Shown here in pieces: positions 29,819 to 38,596 of a DNA stretch of 64,000 bases. Each line of letters starts with the position of its first letter. Positions within the stretch are counted from its first letter, which is position 1. The translations under genes and the position numbers were made by a program. Under the pieces are notes generated by a model, which was given only the letters and a program-made list of their open reading frames with translations, ran no database searches and was not told where the DNA came from. The stretch is from Patescibacteria group bacterium. GTDB lineage: Bacteria > Patescibacteriota > CPR2 > UBA1875. The stretch lies in contig JBGSRK010000009.1 of NCBI GenBank assembly GCA_041737595.1, forward strand, positions 43,233 to 107,232, written 5' to 3'.

Positions 29819-31159
29819 ATGAAATATTTAAAAACCGTACTCCCGATGGAAATAAATGAAATCCCAAAGGCAGCTTCGCTTTTAATATCAAGAGCAAGAG
29901 ATTTTGAAGTCTTACTATTTTCTGAGGCAGGGAGCTGGCCTATTAAATATATTTGGGAAAAGATGGCTGCAAAAGATAATAATTATAATAAAGTATTTTT
30001 TTCATCAAAAATTACTTCATTTTCAAAAAGTCCACTAGCTAATCAATTGTGTGGACTGCTAACAATTACTGAAAGAAAATCAAAGCTTTCTCAAAAGAAA
30101 AAAAATAAGATTGCTACACTTTTAAATTCATTTAATGATGAATTTAAAGGTAAAATAACAAATCAGTTACTTAATCAAAATGTAGAAAAAATTATACATT
30201 ATATTTCTTCAATGGGGCTTATAATCCCTAGTGAAGAAGGGTTGATAAAACAAAATAAATGTTTTGATAATAATATATCCACACTTAGTAAAAATTTTAT
30301 TGATTTTAAAAAAAAATCAGTATCATACATTCTTTCTGATCTCCCAAATATTAAACATGAAGTTAGGCCTATACTGCAGATAATTTTATCAGATACTAAA
30401 TTTGGTAAAGCAATAAAGTCACGAAAAGTTTATGTATTTGATGAGATAATAAGTCGTGGGAGGACTATCAATTCTATAGAAGTGATTATAAATTCATTTT
30501 CATCCACAACGGATTGGGTTATGGGAGTTGTCTATTGCCCAAAGTTTTATGTTGGAAGTAAAATTGATTTTGTTTATAGCGATAAAAAGGCATTACCTAC
30601 GTCAAATCGACCAGATATGATTGGAGAAGTGACTTATGAGACTGTATTTGCTTTTGAAACTAAATCACTTACGAATATTTTGCCTAATACAAGAGTAAAA
30701 AATGAAGACGATATAAGTATTTATAACAGTGAAATTGCAAAGTTTAATAGTCGATATTTCCCAAAGCTTAAAATGTTAAATAAGACATCTTTTCGAGCTC
30801 TTTTAAACTTATACTTTATGGCTGACGATAAGGATATATTTGAAAAGTGCCTTCATCTTAATTTAGTTGAATCAGTAAGCCTTTTAGAAGAAATCGCTTT
30901 TTATATAACAATGCCATTTCCACTTTCAGATATTATAAAACGAAATAAGTTTAAAAAAGAATCACGGCAAGTATTAAAAAAATTAGAATGCTCAATAACT
31001 AATTCTGATTTTTCTGATAACCTTAACAAGCTAAAAATAAAGTACTATGCTATTAGAAGTATAATTATTAAGAGTGAAATAGCTTCCTGGATAAAAACAA
31101 ATACTAAAGTAATAAGGGAGTTAGACTTAGTACTGGAGGAGGTTTTTAATGGAAAATAG
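29819..31159 (+). CDS. Hypothetical 446-aa protein with a central PRPP-binding (type I PRTase)-like motif
   Basis: KVYVFDEIISRGRTINS resembles hhhhD(D/E)hh(T/S)(T/S)GxT. The N- and C-terminal parts are unrecognised. It sits inside the ABC/NPP cluster. Confidence 0.35.
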   Translation: MKYLKTVLPMEINEIPKAASLLISRARDFEVLLFSEAGSWPIKYIWEKMAAKDNNYNKVFFSSKITSFSKSPLANQLCGLLTITERKSKLSQKKKNKIATLLNSFNDEFKGKITNQLLNQNVEKIIHYISSMGLIIPSEEGLIKQNKCFDNNISTLSKNFIDFKKKSVSYILSDLPNIKHEVRPILQIILSDTKFGKAIKSRKVYVFDEIISRGRTINSIEVIINSFSSTTDWVMGVVYCPKFYVGSKIDFVYSDKKALPTSNRPDMIGEVTYETVFAFETKSLTNILPNTRVKNEDDISIYNSEIAKFNSRYFPKLKMLNKTSFRALLNLYFMADDKDIFEKCLHLNLVESVSLLEEIAFYITMPFPLSDIIKRNKFKKESRQVLKKLECSITNSDFSDNLNKLKIKYYAIRSIIIKSEIASWIKTNTKVIRELDLVLEEVFNGK

Positions 31160-32546
31160 CTATAAACATATTATTCTTATTTCTATTGATACTTTACGAG
31201 CAGACTGTATTACTGCAGTCGAAACTAGTGATTTTATAAAAAAATATGGTCCAAAAAATTTTTCTACAAAATCACTAAATAATATTGTGAAAAAAGGTAC
31301 TTTTTTCACAAACTGTATCTCGGCAGCACCATATACAACAGCTTCACATGCAGCCTATTTTACTGGTTGTTGGCCTAAAAATAACGGAGTTTATGAATTC
31401 TTTAACCAAAAATTAAAGAAACCTACTATATTTGAATTTGCAAAAAATAACCAATATAGAACTATATTTCAAACTGACTTTCCTATTATTCTAGGTGAAA
31501 CACTTGGGTTTACTAAGGATGTTGATGATTATTTTATTGAGGATGAAATATCAGCTTTTGACAAATTAAAAAATTCAACAAAAAAAACTGTTTCTTTTTT
31601 CCATTTTGGTGGTGTTCATTATCCATATGGGTTTCATAAACTAAAGTTTGCTGGAAAGGATTATATCCATAAAGTTGAAAGTCTAGAAAAAGAATTATCC
31701 GTTAGTAGTAAAGACAAATTAGACGATATATTAGTAGAAAGCTATTATAATAACAAAGATAGAGAGCTACTTTCCAGATATAAAAGGATAGTCGACAAAC
31801 TTTACAGAGAAAAAAAATATAATCGACTGAAGAATCTATATATTGAGGGAATAGATTATTTTATGGAAAATCGGTTCAATAGCTTTATAAAAAAAATAGT
31901 TGATTTTACCGACAGCACTGGTAGTTTACTAGTTATCTTTGCTGACCATGGGGAAGAATGGGATGATTTATCGCGCGGACATGCAAATTCCATCTCTGAC
32001 ACTGTTCTTCGAGTCCCTCTTATATTCTATGGGAAGGGTATCCCAAAAGGCGTAATAAATGATAGTTTAGTTAGAACAATCGATCTTCTCCCTACTATTT
32101 CGAATTTATTTAACATAGAAACCCCTCAATTAGATGGCGTAGCCATGAAATTTACAAAAGAAAAGAAAAATACAAACAATATGGCAATTTCTCAGGTTTG
32201 GAGATTAGGAGATAAGGATAAAATAGCAAAACACCAACAAATGATGATTAACAAAGAAAAGGTGGCGCCCCTACAGACTCTCTTAGAAAAAGAATCAATA
32301 TATTTCAAAAATGTAGCATTTAAAAGAATATACAACAAAGAAGGAACAACTATTTCTGAAAAAACATATTATAATAATGGAAAACAACTTATAAATTCAG
32401 TTGATACACAAAATGAAGAGTTAATAATAATGAAAAATCTACTTGAGAAATATAATTCAAAAGGATTTCGAAAAGTTGAGGCGGCAATTAGTTTACCTAA
32501 AAGACTTATTAAAGAGCTTCGCATGCAGGGCTATAAAATAAAATAA
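31149..32546 (+). CDS. Second NPP-like alkaline-phosphatase-superfamily paralogue, cytoplasmic
   Basis: ILISIDTLRADC; YTTASHAAYFTGCWP; FADHGEEWDD. Confidence 0.7.
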   Translation: MENSYKHIILISIDTLRADCITAVETSDFIKKYGPKNFSTKSLNNIVKKGTFFTNCISAAPYTTASHAAYFTGCWPKNNGVYEFFNQKLKKPTIFEFAKNNQYRTIFQTDFPIILGETLGFTKDVDDYFIEDEISAFDKLKNSTKKTVSFFHFGGVHYPYGFHKLKFAGKDYIHKVESLEKELSVSSKDKLDDILVESYYNNKDRELLSRYKRIVDKLYREKKYNRLKNLYIEGIDYFMENRFNSFIKKIVDFTDSTGSLLVIFADHGEEWDDLSRGHANSISDTVLRVPLIFYGKGIPKGVINDSLVRTIDLLPTISNLFNIETPQLDGVAMKFTKEKKNTNNMAISQVWRLGDKDKIAKHQQMMINKEKVAPLQTLLEKESIYFKNVAFKRIYNKEGTTISEKTYYNNGKQLINSVDTQNEELIIMKNLLEKYNSKGFRKVEAAISLPKRLIKELRMQGYKIK

Positions 32547-32557
32547 AGGAGAATATT

Positions 32558-33844
32558 TTGCCTAAATATAAAACAATTAAACCTCCCAGAGGAATGCATG
32601 ATCAATTTGAAGAAGATTTATTAAAAATTGAATCAGTTATTTCTATAGCATCTGAGATTGCTAGATCATACGGATTTAAAAGAATAGAAACCCCCACTAT
32701 TGAGTCAATCGAAGTTTTCACAAATACTGGAGATAAGACGATTGATAAATGTTTTACATTTATGGATAAATCAAACCGCGAGATGATATTGAGACCAGAT
32801 ATAAATGCTCCAATCAGCCGCGCTATAGTAAATCATAGCTCATCTCAACCACTACCTCAAAAAATATTTTTCCATGGCAGCGTTTTCAGATATAGAAAAT
32901 CATACCGACGTGAGTTTATTATGTTTGGGGTAGAGACATATGGGATTGCTGAGCCTATTGCAGACGCCGAAATACTTCGAGTAGTGGTTGATTTGATTAA
33001 AAGACTGGGTTTTAAAAAATATACGATTGAATATAGTAATCTTTCAATATTTAGTAGGTTGATTAAATTTTTATCAAAGACAGACAAAGTTAATGTTAAT
33101 GTAGAAGAGCTAATATATAAGCTTAGATTTCATAATAAAAAAGAGCAAAAAAGTATTTTAAATAAAATAGGTTTCCAAAAAAAATCAGAAGAGCTAATCA
33201 TGGATTTTCTATCTTGCCCAGAGGTGAATAAAAACAGCTTTAATTTACTTAAAAAGGTAGCGGCTATGGATAAGTCTATAGAAATTGAAGCTCTGTCTGT
33301 TCTGAATTTCCGAGATGAACTCTTAAAACAACAGTTATCAAATTGTATTTTTAAAATTTCAAATCTACATGGTGAATCATTTTACTCTGGTCTTACATAT
33401 CGTTTATATTTATCAACAGAAATGGGAGATGGGGGAAGATATGACAATTTTACTCTTTTACTAGGGGGTTTATATATTCCAGCTACTGGGTTAGGTTTTG
33501 GTATTAGTAGATTAATTAGACTAGCAGAAGCAGAAAGTATATTAATCCCAATAAAAACAAACATAAAATATTTAGTTCGAATAGTAAGAGGCTCTGAAGA
33601 AACTGTACGACCTTATCTGAGATTACTTAGGAAACAAAATATTATTGTCAACGAAATCCCTGAAGACTATAAAGATGATCGGTTGATGCCATTTGCAATC
33701 AAAGGTGGTTATCACCGTATCTTTGTTATAAAAAGTTTTAACAAAATAAGTGGACTTTATGAAGTTTGGTCAATAAATATAGTTGATGGAACTAATAAAA
33801 AATTTTCTACATATGGTCTAAAAGATATATTTAATTGCTCATAA
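32558..33844 (+). CDS. Second histidyl-tRNA synthetase homologue (low-GC, native-composition copy)
   Basis: Class II motifs: ILRPDINAPISRA (motif 1 region), FRYRKSYRREFIMFGVETYG (motif 2), GDGGRYDNF...ATGLGFGISRLI (motif 3), and a C-terminal anticodon-binding-like domain. It is 12 nt downstream of NPP-2. Confidence 0.75.
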   Translation: MPKYKTIKPPRGMHDQFEEDLLKIESVISIASEIARSYGFKRIETPTIESIEVFTNTGDKTIDKCFTFMDKSNREMILRPDINAPISRAIVNHSSSQPLPQKIFFHGSVFRYRKSYRREFIMFGVETYGIAEPIADAEILRVVVDLIKRLGFKKYTIEYSNLSIFSRLIKFLSKTDKVNVNVEELIYKLRFHNKKEQKSILNKIGFQKKSEELIMDFLSCPEVNKNSFNLLKKVAAMDKSIEIEALSVLNFRDELLKQQLSNCIFKISNLHGESFYSGLTYRLYLSTEMGDGGRYDNFTLLLGGLYIPATGLGFGISRLIRLAEAESILIPIKTNIKYLVRIVRGSEETVRPYLRLLRKQNIIVNEIPEDYKDDRLMPFAIKGGYHRIFVIKSFNKISGLYEVWSINIVDGTNKKFSTYGLKDIFNCS

Positions 33845-34023
33845 TATTAAAATGTGAAGACAAACCAGGTAATATTATATTTAGATCTTTTCCCCAAATT
33901 ACAAACTTAGGCGATGCGAGTAACGCAGTGACTATCCAGAAAGATATAGAAATGAGATAAATAAAACATTATAAAAAGGGATAGTCTTTATGTTTCTTAT
34001 ATTTTTTAAGTATTAAAGGAAAG

Positions 34024-34052
34024 AAGCCACACCCCGCTGGGGTATGGCTTCA
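34024..34052 (-). terminator. Hairpin/terminator downstream of purB (GAAGCCACACCCCG-C-TGGGGTATGGCTTC)
   Basis: 11/12-bp stem at the left edge of the high-GC island, with a T-rich tail on the minus strand. Confidence 0.4.
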
Positions 34053-34074
34053 ATTCCGTTGTGTCTTATTCGAT

Positions 34075-35481
34075 CTAGATGGTCAGTGAGCCAAGAATTT
34101 CGGTCCACTGGCCGACAATGCGCTCGGTCGACTCAATCGAGAGACCAATATAGTTATGCGCCGGATCCTTGATAGTCGCAAGTTCAGAAGCGTTGAAAGT
34201 GTTGATATAGGTACGAAGCTTCTGACTTTGAAGTGCGAGGTCCTGGACCGAGACCCCTGTCTCTTTCGACTCGAGAGTCAAAAGACGAACAGCTTCATGC
34301 GCATCCGGATGACCGTGTTTGGCCAAAAGAATGTAGAGCTGCTCACCACATGAACCCTTTCTCATCTCGAGGTTGCGTTCCATGTTGCCAGTGTGAACCT
34401 GAAGCTTCTTCATCGTTTTTGTGATTTTGGTCACGACGATGTAGAGATAGCCCAGAATCTCACCATAAGTACGGCCGGATGCTGAGTTAGTTAGGTCACG
34501 TTGGTGCTCACAGATCTGATCAAGCTGGACCGTAACCCAGCGACCAACCAGAACCTTGTAGAGTGACTCCGCGTTTTCGAAGTTGATCGGGTTCTGCTTG
34601 TCGGGCATCGTTGATGACCCGACCTGACCAGCTTCGAAAAATTCACCGACTTCGGCAATTTCTGTACGCTGCAGGTTCCGCATATCGCGTGAGAGTCCGG
34701 CAAGGAGTCCGGCGGTCTGTACGACCTCAAACAGTAGGTACTGAAGCGGTTCAGGTGGTGCGATCTGAGTTGAGATCGGCGCCGGGTTGACACCAAGTCG
34801 GCCAAGCACAAGACGCTCGAACTCACGAGGATCATCCACTAGAAGCGAGCTGGCATTGTACGCTCCAACTGCTCCAGAGAACTTCCCAACCAGACCGTTT
34901 TTGGCCTGGCAGAGTTTAAGAATCTTCTGACCAAGGGCGTCGACGTACTTTGAGATGGCATTGCCAAAGGTGATCGGAACGGCGTGTTGGCCGTGGGTTC
35001 GACCTACCTGAAGCTGAGCCTTCTCCCGGAGAGCAAGATCGATTAGGACCTTCTCGAGCTCGATCAGAGCCGGAAGAAGGACCTGTTCAGTCACTGCCTT
35101 GTAGCGCGCCACGTTGGCAGTATCGATAATGTCGTACGAAGTGGCAGCAAGGTGGACGAATGGACGGGCTTCTGGACTTACTCGAGCCTGAATGCAGTTG
35201 ACGACCGCTCGGATGTCATGCCGTGTCAGATCTTCCTCCTTGTACACCTCATCGGTCGTGATCTGCTTGCAAGCCTCAGTGACCTCATCAAGGACATCAG
35301 ACGAACAAAGGCCAAGCTCTGCAAGAGTGGCAACAAGCGCACACTCTGCCTCGAGCTTGTAATCCGTGAAAGCATTCTCGGACAGGAACGGTACGAGCGG
35401 AATCACATCCTTCGCGTAACGAGTATCGATAGGAGCAATCCCATCCCAACGGTCATAAGTGACTTTTTCAGTAGGCTCCAT
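34075..35481 (-). CDS. purB: Adenylosuccinate lyase; high-GC island gene
   Basis: The fumarate-lyase family signature region and the PurB N-terminus (YDRWDGIAPIDTRYA) are present. GC ~57%. Start is probably ATG 35481 (MEPTEK) with AGGAG upstream; the longest ORF starts at GTG 35517. Confidence 0.85.
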   Translation of the reverse strand: MEPTEKVTYDRWDGIAPIDTRYAKDVIPLVPFLSENAFTDYKLEAECALVATLAELGLCSSDVLDEVTEACKQITTDEVYKEEDLTRHDIRAVVNCIQARVSPEARPFVHLAATSYDIIDTANVARYKAVTEQVLLPALIELEKVLIDLALREKAQLQVGRTHGQHAVPITFGNAISKYVDALGQKILKLCQAKNGLVGKFSGAVGAYNASSLLVDDPREFERLVLGRLGVNPAPISTQIAPPEPLQYLLFEVVQTAGLLAGLSRDMRNLQRTEIAEVGEFFEAGQVGSSTMPDKQNPINFENAESLYKVLVGRWVTVQLDQICEHQRDLTNSASGRTYGEILGYLYIVVTKITKTMKKLQVHTGNMERNLEMRKGSCGEQLYILLAKHGHPDAHEAVRLLTLESKETGVSVQDLALQSQKLRTYINTFNASELATIKDPAHNYIGLSIESTERIVGQWTEILGSLTI

Positions 35482-35752
35482 GGCGATTATCTTCTCCTTT
35501 TTCAAAGGGCTGGACACAACGAGAATGTCGCTATTTTACTACCAAATAAGGGAAAGGTAAACGTGCTTTATATCCTAAATGTTCAAAAAACTTTATTTTT
35601 TTAAATCGATTTTAGTAAAAATAAAAAAATAGATAAAAAACATGAATTATTTACAGTAAACGATTGTTATGTTAATATACCCGCACGTGTAAGAAAGACA
35701 AACGTCAAGATCTACAGTTTCCTTCAATAGAGAGGTAAGGTGAAAAGGCTCT

Positions 35753-36301
35753 ATGGCTGCAAACGTACCGCTTCTTAGTACCAAATGGCCCAACAAAGAG
35801 GCATATGTCGCGATTGTGCTCGGTAGCAAGAATGATTACAGCAAGATCGAAAAGTTGATCGAGATGATGGAGAAGTTCTCTATCCCCTACGTCATCGTCG
35901 TCATCTCGGCACACCGCAACAAGCAAAAACTCGACGAGTTCATCCAAGGATTATCTGCCACAAACGTTCGCTTTGTCGTAGCTGTCGCCGGTATGGCAGC
36001 AGCACTAGGTGGCGCAATTGCCGCGGAGACCTGTCTTCCAGTATTTGGCATCCCACTACCATCACCGAATGACCCCGATGGTATTGGTGCCAAATTCGCA
36101 ACCAATGAGTTGCCTCCAGGCATCGCACAAGTAGCAGTTCTGGCGGACAATGTCTCAGACAACAGCACACGAATCGTGAACTTGATTGCTCGAACTCTTG
36201 CGATCCTTGACCCCAACTATAAGGGGTTGAAAGAGTTCATGGCAAGTGCATCCGTCGAGAAGCCACCAGTCATTCCGTATGTTCCAAAGGAGGCGAGCTA
36301 G
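35753..36301 (+). CDS. purE: AIR carboxylase / N5-CAIR mutase catalytic subunit; high GC
   Basis: YVAIVLGSKNDYSKIEK...VISAHRN...VAVAGMAAALGGAIAAETCLPVFGIP. Confidence 0.85.
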   Translation: MAANVPLLSTKWPNKEAYVAIVLGSKNDYSKIEKLIEMMEKFSIPYVIVVISAHRNKQKLDEFIQGLSATNVRFVVAVAGMAAALGGAIAAETCLPVFGIPLPSPNDPDGIGAKFATNELPPGIAQVAVLADNVSDNSTRIVNLIARTLAILDPNYKGLKEFMASASVEKPPVIPYVPKEAS

Positions 36302-37156
36302 ATGGCTCACAGAAGAGAAATCAACCGTGGCAAGACTAAGACGATCTACGAAGGCACCAAACTCGGAACTGTCCACGTTGTCAGTCGTGACGACATAACC
36401 GCTGGCGATGGCCAGCGTAAAGATCTGATCCCGGGCAAGGGCCATCTTTCGACCGTCACTACCGCGAACATGTTCATGCTTCTTGCCGCACACGGCATCC
36501 CTACCCACTTCATGAGCATGATCAATGGGAATACGTTCAAAGCGAAGCAAGTCGACATGATCCCGCTCGAATGTGTCGCTCGGAGACTCGCTGTCGGTTC
36601 GTTCCTTGATCGTCAGCCCTCGTTCAAATCCGATCCTCCTCACCGCTTCGAGGCGATTGTTACCGAGCTCTTCTACAAGAGCGACGCAGACAACGACCCG
36701 ATCGTCGTTCCTCAGAGCAACGGTGAGCTCTGGATTCACGATGCACACAAGCCGATTACAGACGCAACCCACAAGGGTATGCTTTCACCGGTGGCGTATC
36801 ATGTCCCACCGGAGAGCTACAACGGCACTCAACTCGAACTCATCGAACAACTGCTCAAGATCACCGAACGAGTCTTTGAGATCCTTGAGCAGGCCTGGCG
36901 ACAAATGGCGAACGCTAATCTCGTTGATCTCAAGATCGAATTTGGGGTGACGAGTGATGGCGAGCTCATAGTTGCCGACGTTATCGATGCAGATTCATGG
37001 CGTCTCTGGCCAGACGGCGACCCGAACCAGGCATGGGACAAGGACTACTACCGTCAGCATGCCGATGCTTCTCGCATTGAAGCTACTCTTCACAAGTACA
37101 ATGAAGTAGCCAAGGCGAGTAACGTTGTTGCCACTTACCGAGACATGACATCCTAA
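36302..37156 (+). CDS. purC: SAICAR synthetase, second copy (E. coli/yeast-type), translationally coupled to purE (TAGATG)
   Basis: GKTKTIYEG...SRDDITAGDGQRKDLIPGKG...LVDLKIEFG...DADSWRLWP. Confidence 0.85.
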   Translation: MAHRREINRGKTKTIYEGTKLGTVHVVSRDDITAGDGQRKDLIPGKGHLSTVTTANMFMLLAAHGIPTHFMSMINGNTFKAKQVDMIPLECVARRLAVGSFLDRQPSFKSDPPHRFEAIVTELFYKSDADNDPIVVPQSNGELWIHDAHKPITDATHKGMLSPVAYHVPPESYNGTQLELIEQLLKITERVFEILEQAWRQMANANLVDLKIEFGVTSDGELIVADVIDADSWRLWPDGDPNQAWDKDYYRQHADASRIEATLHKYNEVAKASNVVATYRDMTS

Positions 37157-37187
37157 CCCCCTTAAGGGGAGAAAGAACCTGAAGGTT

Positions 37188-37216
37188 CCCTCTCTCTGAG
37201 AGGGGGCCTTTATTTA
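37188..37216 (+). terminator. Terminator after purE-purC (CCCTCTC-TCT-GAGAGGG followed by CCTTTATTT)
   Basis: Seen directly. It is preceded by a CCCCTTAAGGGG palindrome. Confidence 0.4.
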
Positions 37217-37260
37217 CAAAAAAGTGCTAAGCATATTAGTTGATTTGAGTCATTAATAGA

Positions 37261-37285
37261 AATAAGCTACTTAAAGTAGCTTATT
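37261..37285. terminator. Perfect AT-rich hairpin AATAAGCTAC-TTAAA-GTAGCTTATT
   Basis: It belongs to the same family as the hairpin at 38389..38415 (AATAAGCTGAC-TTTAT-GTCAGCTTATT). The two flank the metalloprotease-like gene. Confidence 0.35.
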
Positions 37286-37341
37286 CAAGGTGTGTTATAT
37301 TTAGCGAATTGGGGGGCAAGAGCTACAATCATAATCACTTA

Positions 37342-38319
37342 CTATTGATGTAATATTCCTTCGGCTTGATCATAACATCCAACAAAAAACTTTTCGTTTT
37401 CATCTAAGGTATTGGGGTCTTTAGTTTTTGCTAAAGCCGAAGCTTCTGCGAAAAATTCTGCATAATATTCAGAAAATTCATACATAAATTTGTCAGTTTT
37501 TACTGGGTCTTGAGTCTCTAAACATTCTGAATATAGACTTTGTAAAGCCTTAACTCTAACTTGTAAATAAGGAGTAAACGGACAATCCATAAATGTTTGT
37601 ATAAAATCATAGTTATAACAAAGATTCTCTTGTTCTTTAACATATAATAAACTACCGAACTGAGTTCTTTCAGGTACATCATCTCTTACTGATAAATCGT
37701 CGTTCAAGAAGACTGAACTATAAACAAAATGACCTACTTCATGTCCTAAAAGATATAAAAGTAATGCCCTATCCTTATCAGGAGCTGACTCAACATAGTC
37801 AGGCAGTTCATAAGGGTAATCATAAAAATCAAAGATTTCAATGGATCCATATTCAGTATCGCTTTTGCTCCAATGGGAAGCAGCTCTAACTCTTAACCAC
37901 TCATTAGCAGCGGGCAAAGTTCCTCTATCTTTTGCTCCATTATATTCTTTTCTAGTATAAATTTTTGGTTTAATCTTGTCCGTATCATTACCTGGTTCTT
38001 CGCTGCTTATTTTATAGAACCTAATTTCATCAACTAAATTAATTGATGTTAAACCTATTTTCTCAAGTTCAGAAACTCTATAGTTTCGAGCCAGAAATTC
38101 AATAATTGAACCAGTATATTCGGGATTTTCTTCCCCACCAATTATTTCAATATAACCACGCATTTCGTCTAGTCTTTCAGCACTTATCTGATCGTGAGCT
38201 TCCTGATAGTCACAAGCATCAATAGGTGCATCTGGAAAATTACAAAAAATTTTTGCACGTTCTTGGACTTCCATTCCCTCTTTTTCAGCTGTAGCTTTAT
38301 TTAACGGTATATTTTCCAT
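37342..38319 (-). CDS. Hypothetical protein with HEXXH zinc-metallopeptidase motif
   Basis: LLGHEVGHFV is the only recognisable motif. The protein is acidic. Confidence 0.4.
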   Translation of the reverse strand: MENIPLNKATAEKEGMEVQERAKIFCNFPDAPIDACDYQEAHDQISAERLDEMRGYIEIIGGEENPEYTGSIIEFLARNYRVSELEKIGLTSINLVDEIRFYKISSEEPGNDTDKIKPKIYTRKEYNGAKDRGTLPAANEWLRVRAASHWSKSDTEYGSIEIFDFYDYPYELPDYVESAPDKDRALLLYLLGHEVGHFVYSSVFLNDDLSVRDDVPERTQFGSLLYVKEQENLCYNYDFIQTFMDCPFTPYLQVRVKALQSLYSECLETQDPVKTDKFMYEFSEYYAEFFAEASALAKTKDPNTLDENEKFFVGCYDQAEGILHQ

Positions 38320-38388
38320 ATTTGACCTTCTATCTACCTTTTATCGCATTATTAGATTAACAAATTAAGATTATTTTGTCATTAATTT

Positions 38389-38415
38389 AATAAGCTGACT
38401 TTATGTCAGCTTATT
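38389..38415 (-). terminator. Terminator hairpin immediately downstream of tRNA-Asp
   Basis: AATAAGCTGAC-TTTAT-GTCAGCTTATT followed by an AT-rich tail. Confidence 0.4.
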
Positions 38416-38431
38416 AAATATACGTTCCATT

Positions 38432-38508
38432 TGGCGATCCAGATGGGACTCGAACCCACGACCTCCGCCGTGACAGGGCGGCGCTCTAACCAGCTGAGCT
38501 ACTGGACC
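38432..38508 (-). tRNA. tRNA-Asp (GTC), CCA-encoded
   Basis: Minus strand: GGTCCAGTAGCTCAGCTGGTTAGAGCGCCGCCCTGTCACGGCGGAGGTCGTGGGTTCGAGTCCCATCTGGATCGCCA. Cloverleaf with anticodon loop CUGUCAC. Confidence 0.9.
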
Positions 38509-38596
38509 GTATAAAAAAAGTCACCTTTCGATGACATAAAATCGCTGTCACCGATTACGAATATTATAGCAAAAATAAAAGAAATATCAATAGTAA

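Noticed and set aside
29819-31159. Calling the 446-aa protein a phosphoribosyltransferase
   Set aside because: Only a single short loop resembles the PRPP-binding motif. Without alignment or structure support this stays a hypothesis, so the gene is listed as hypothetical.
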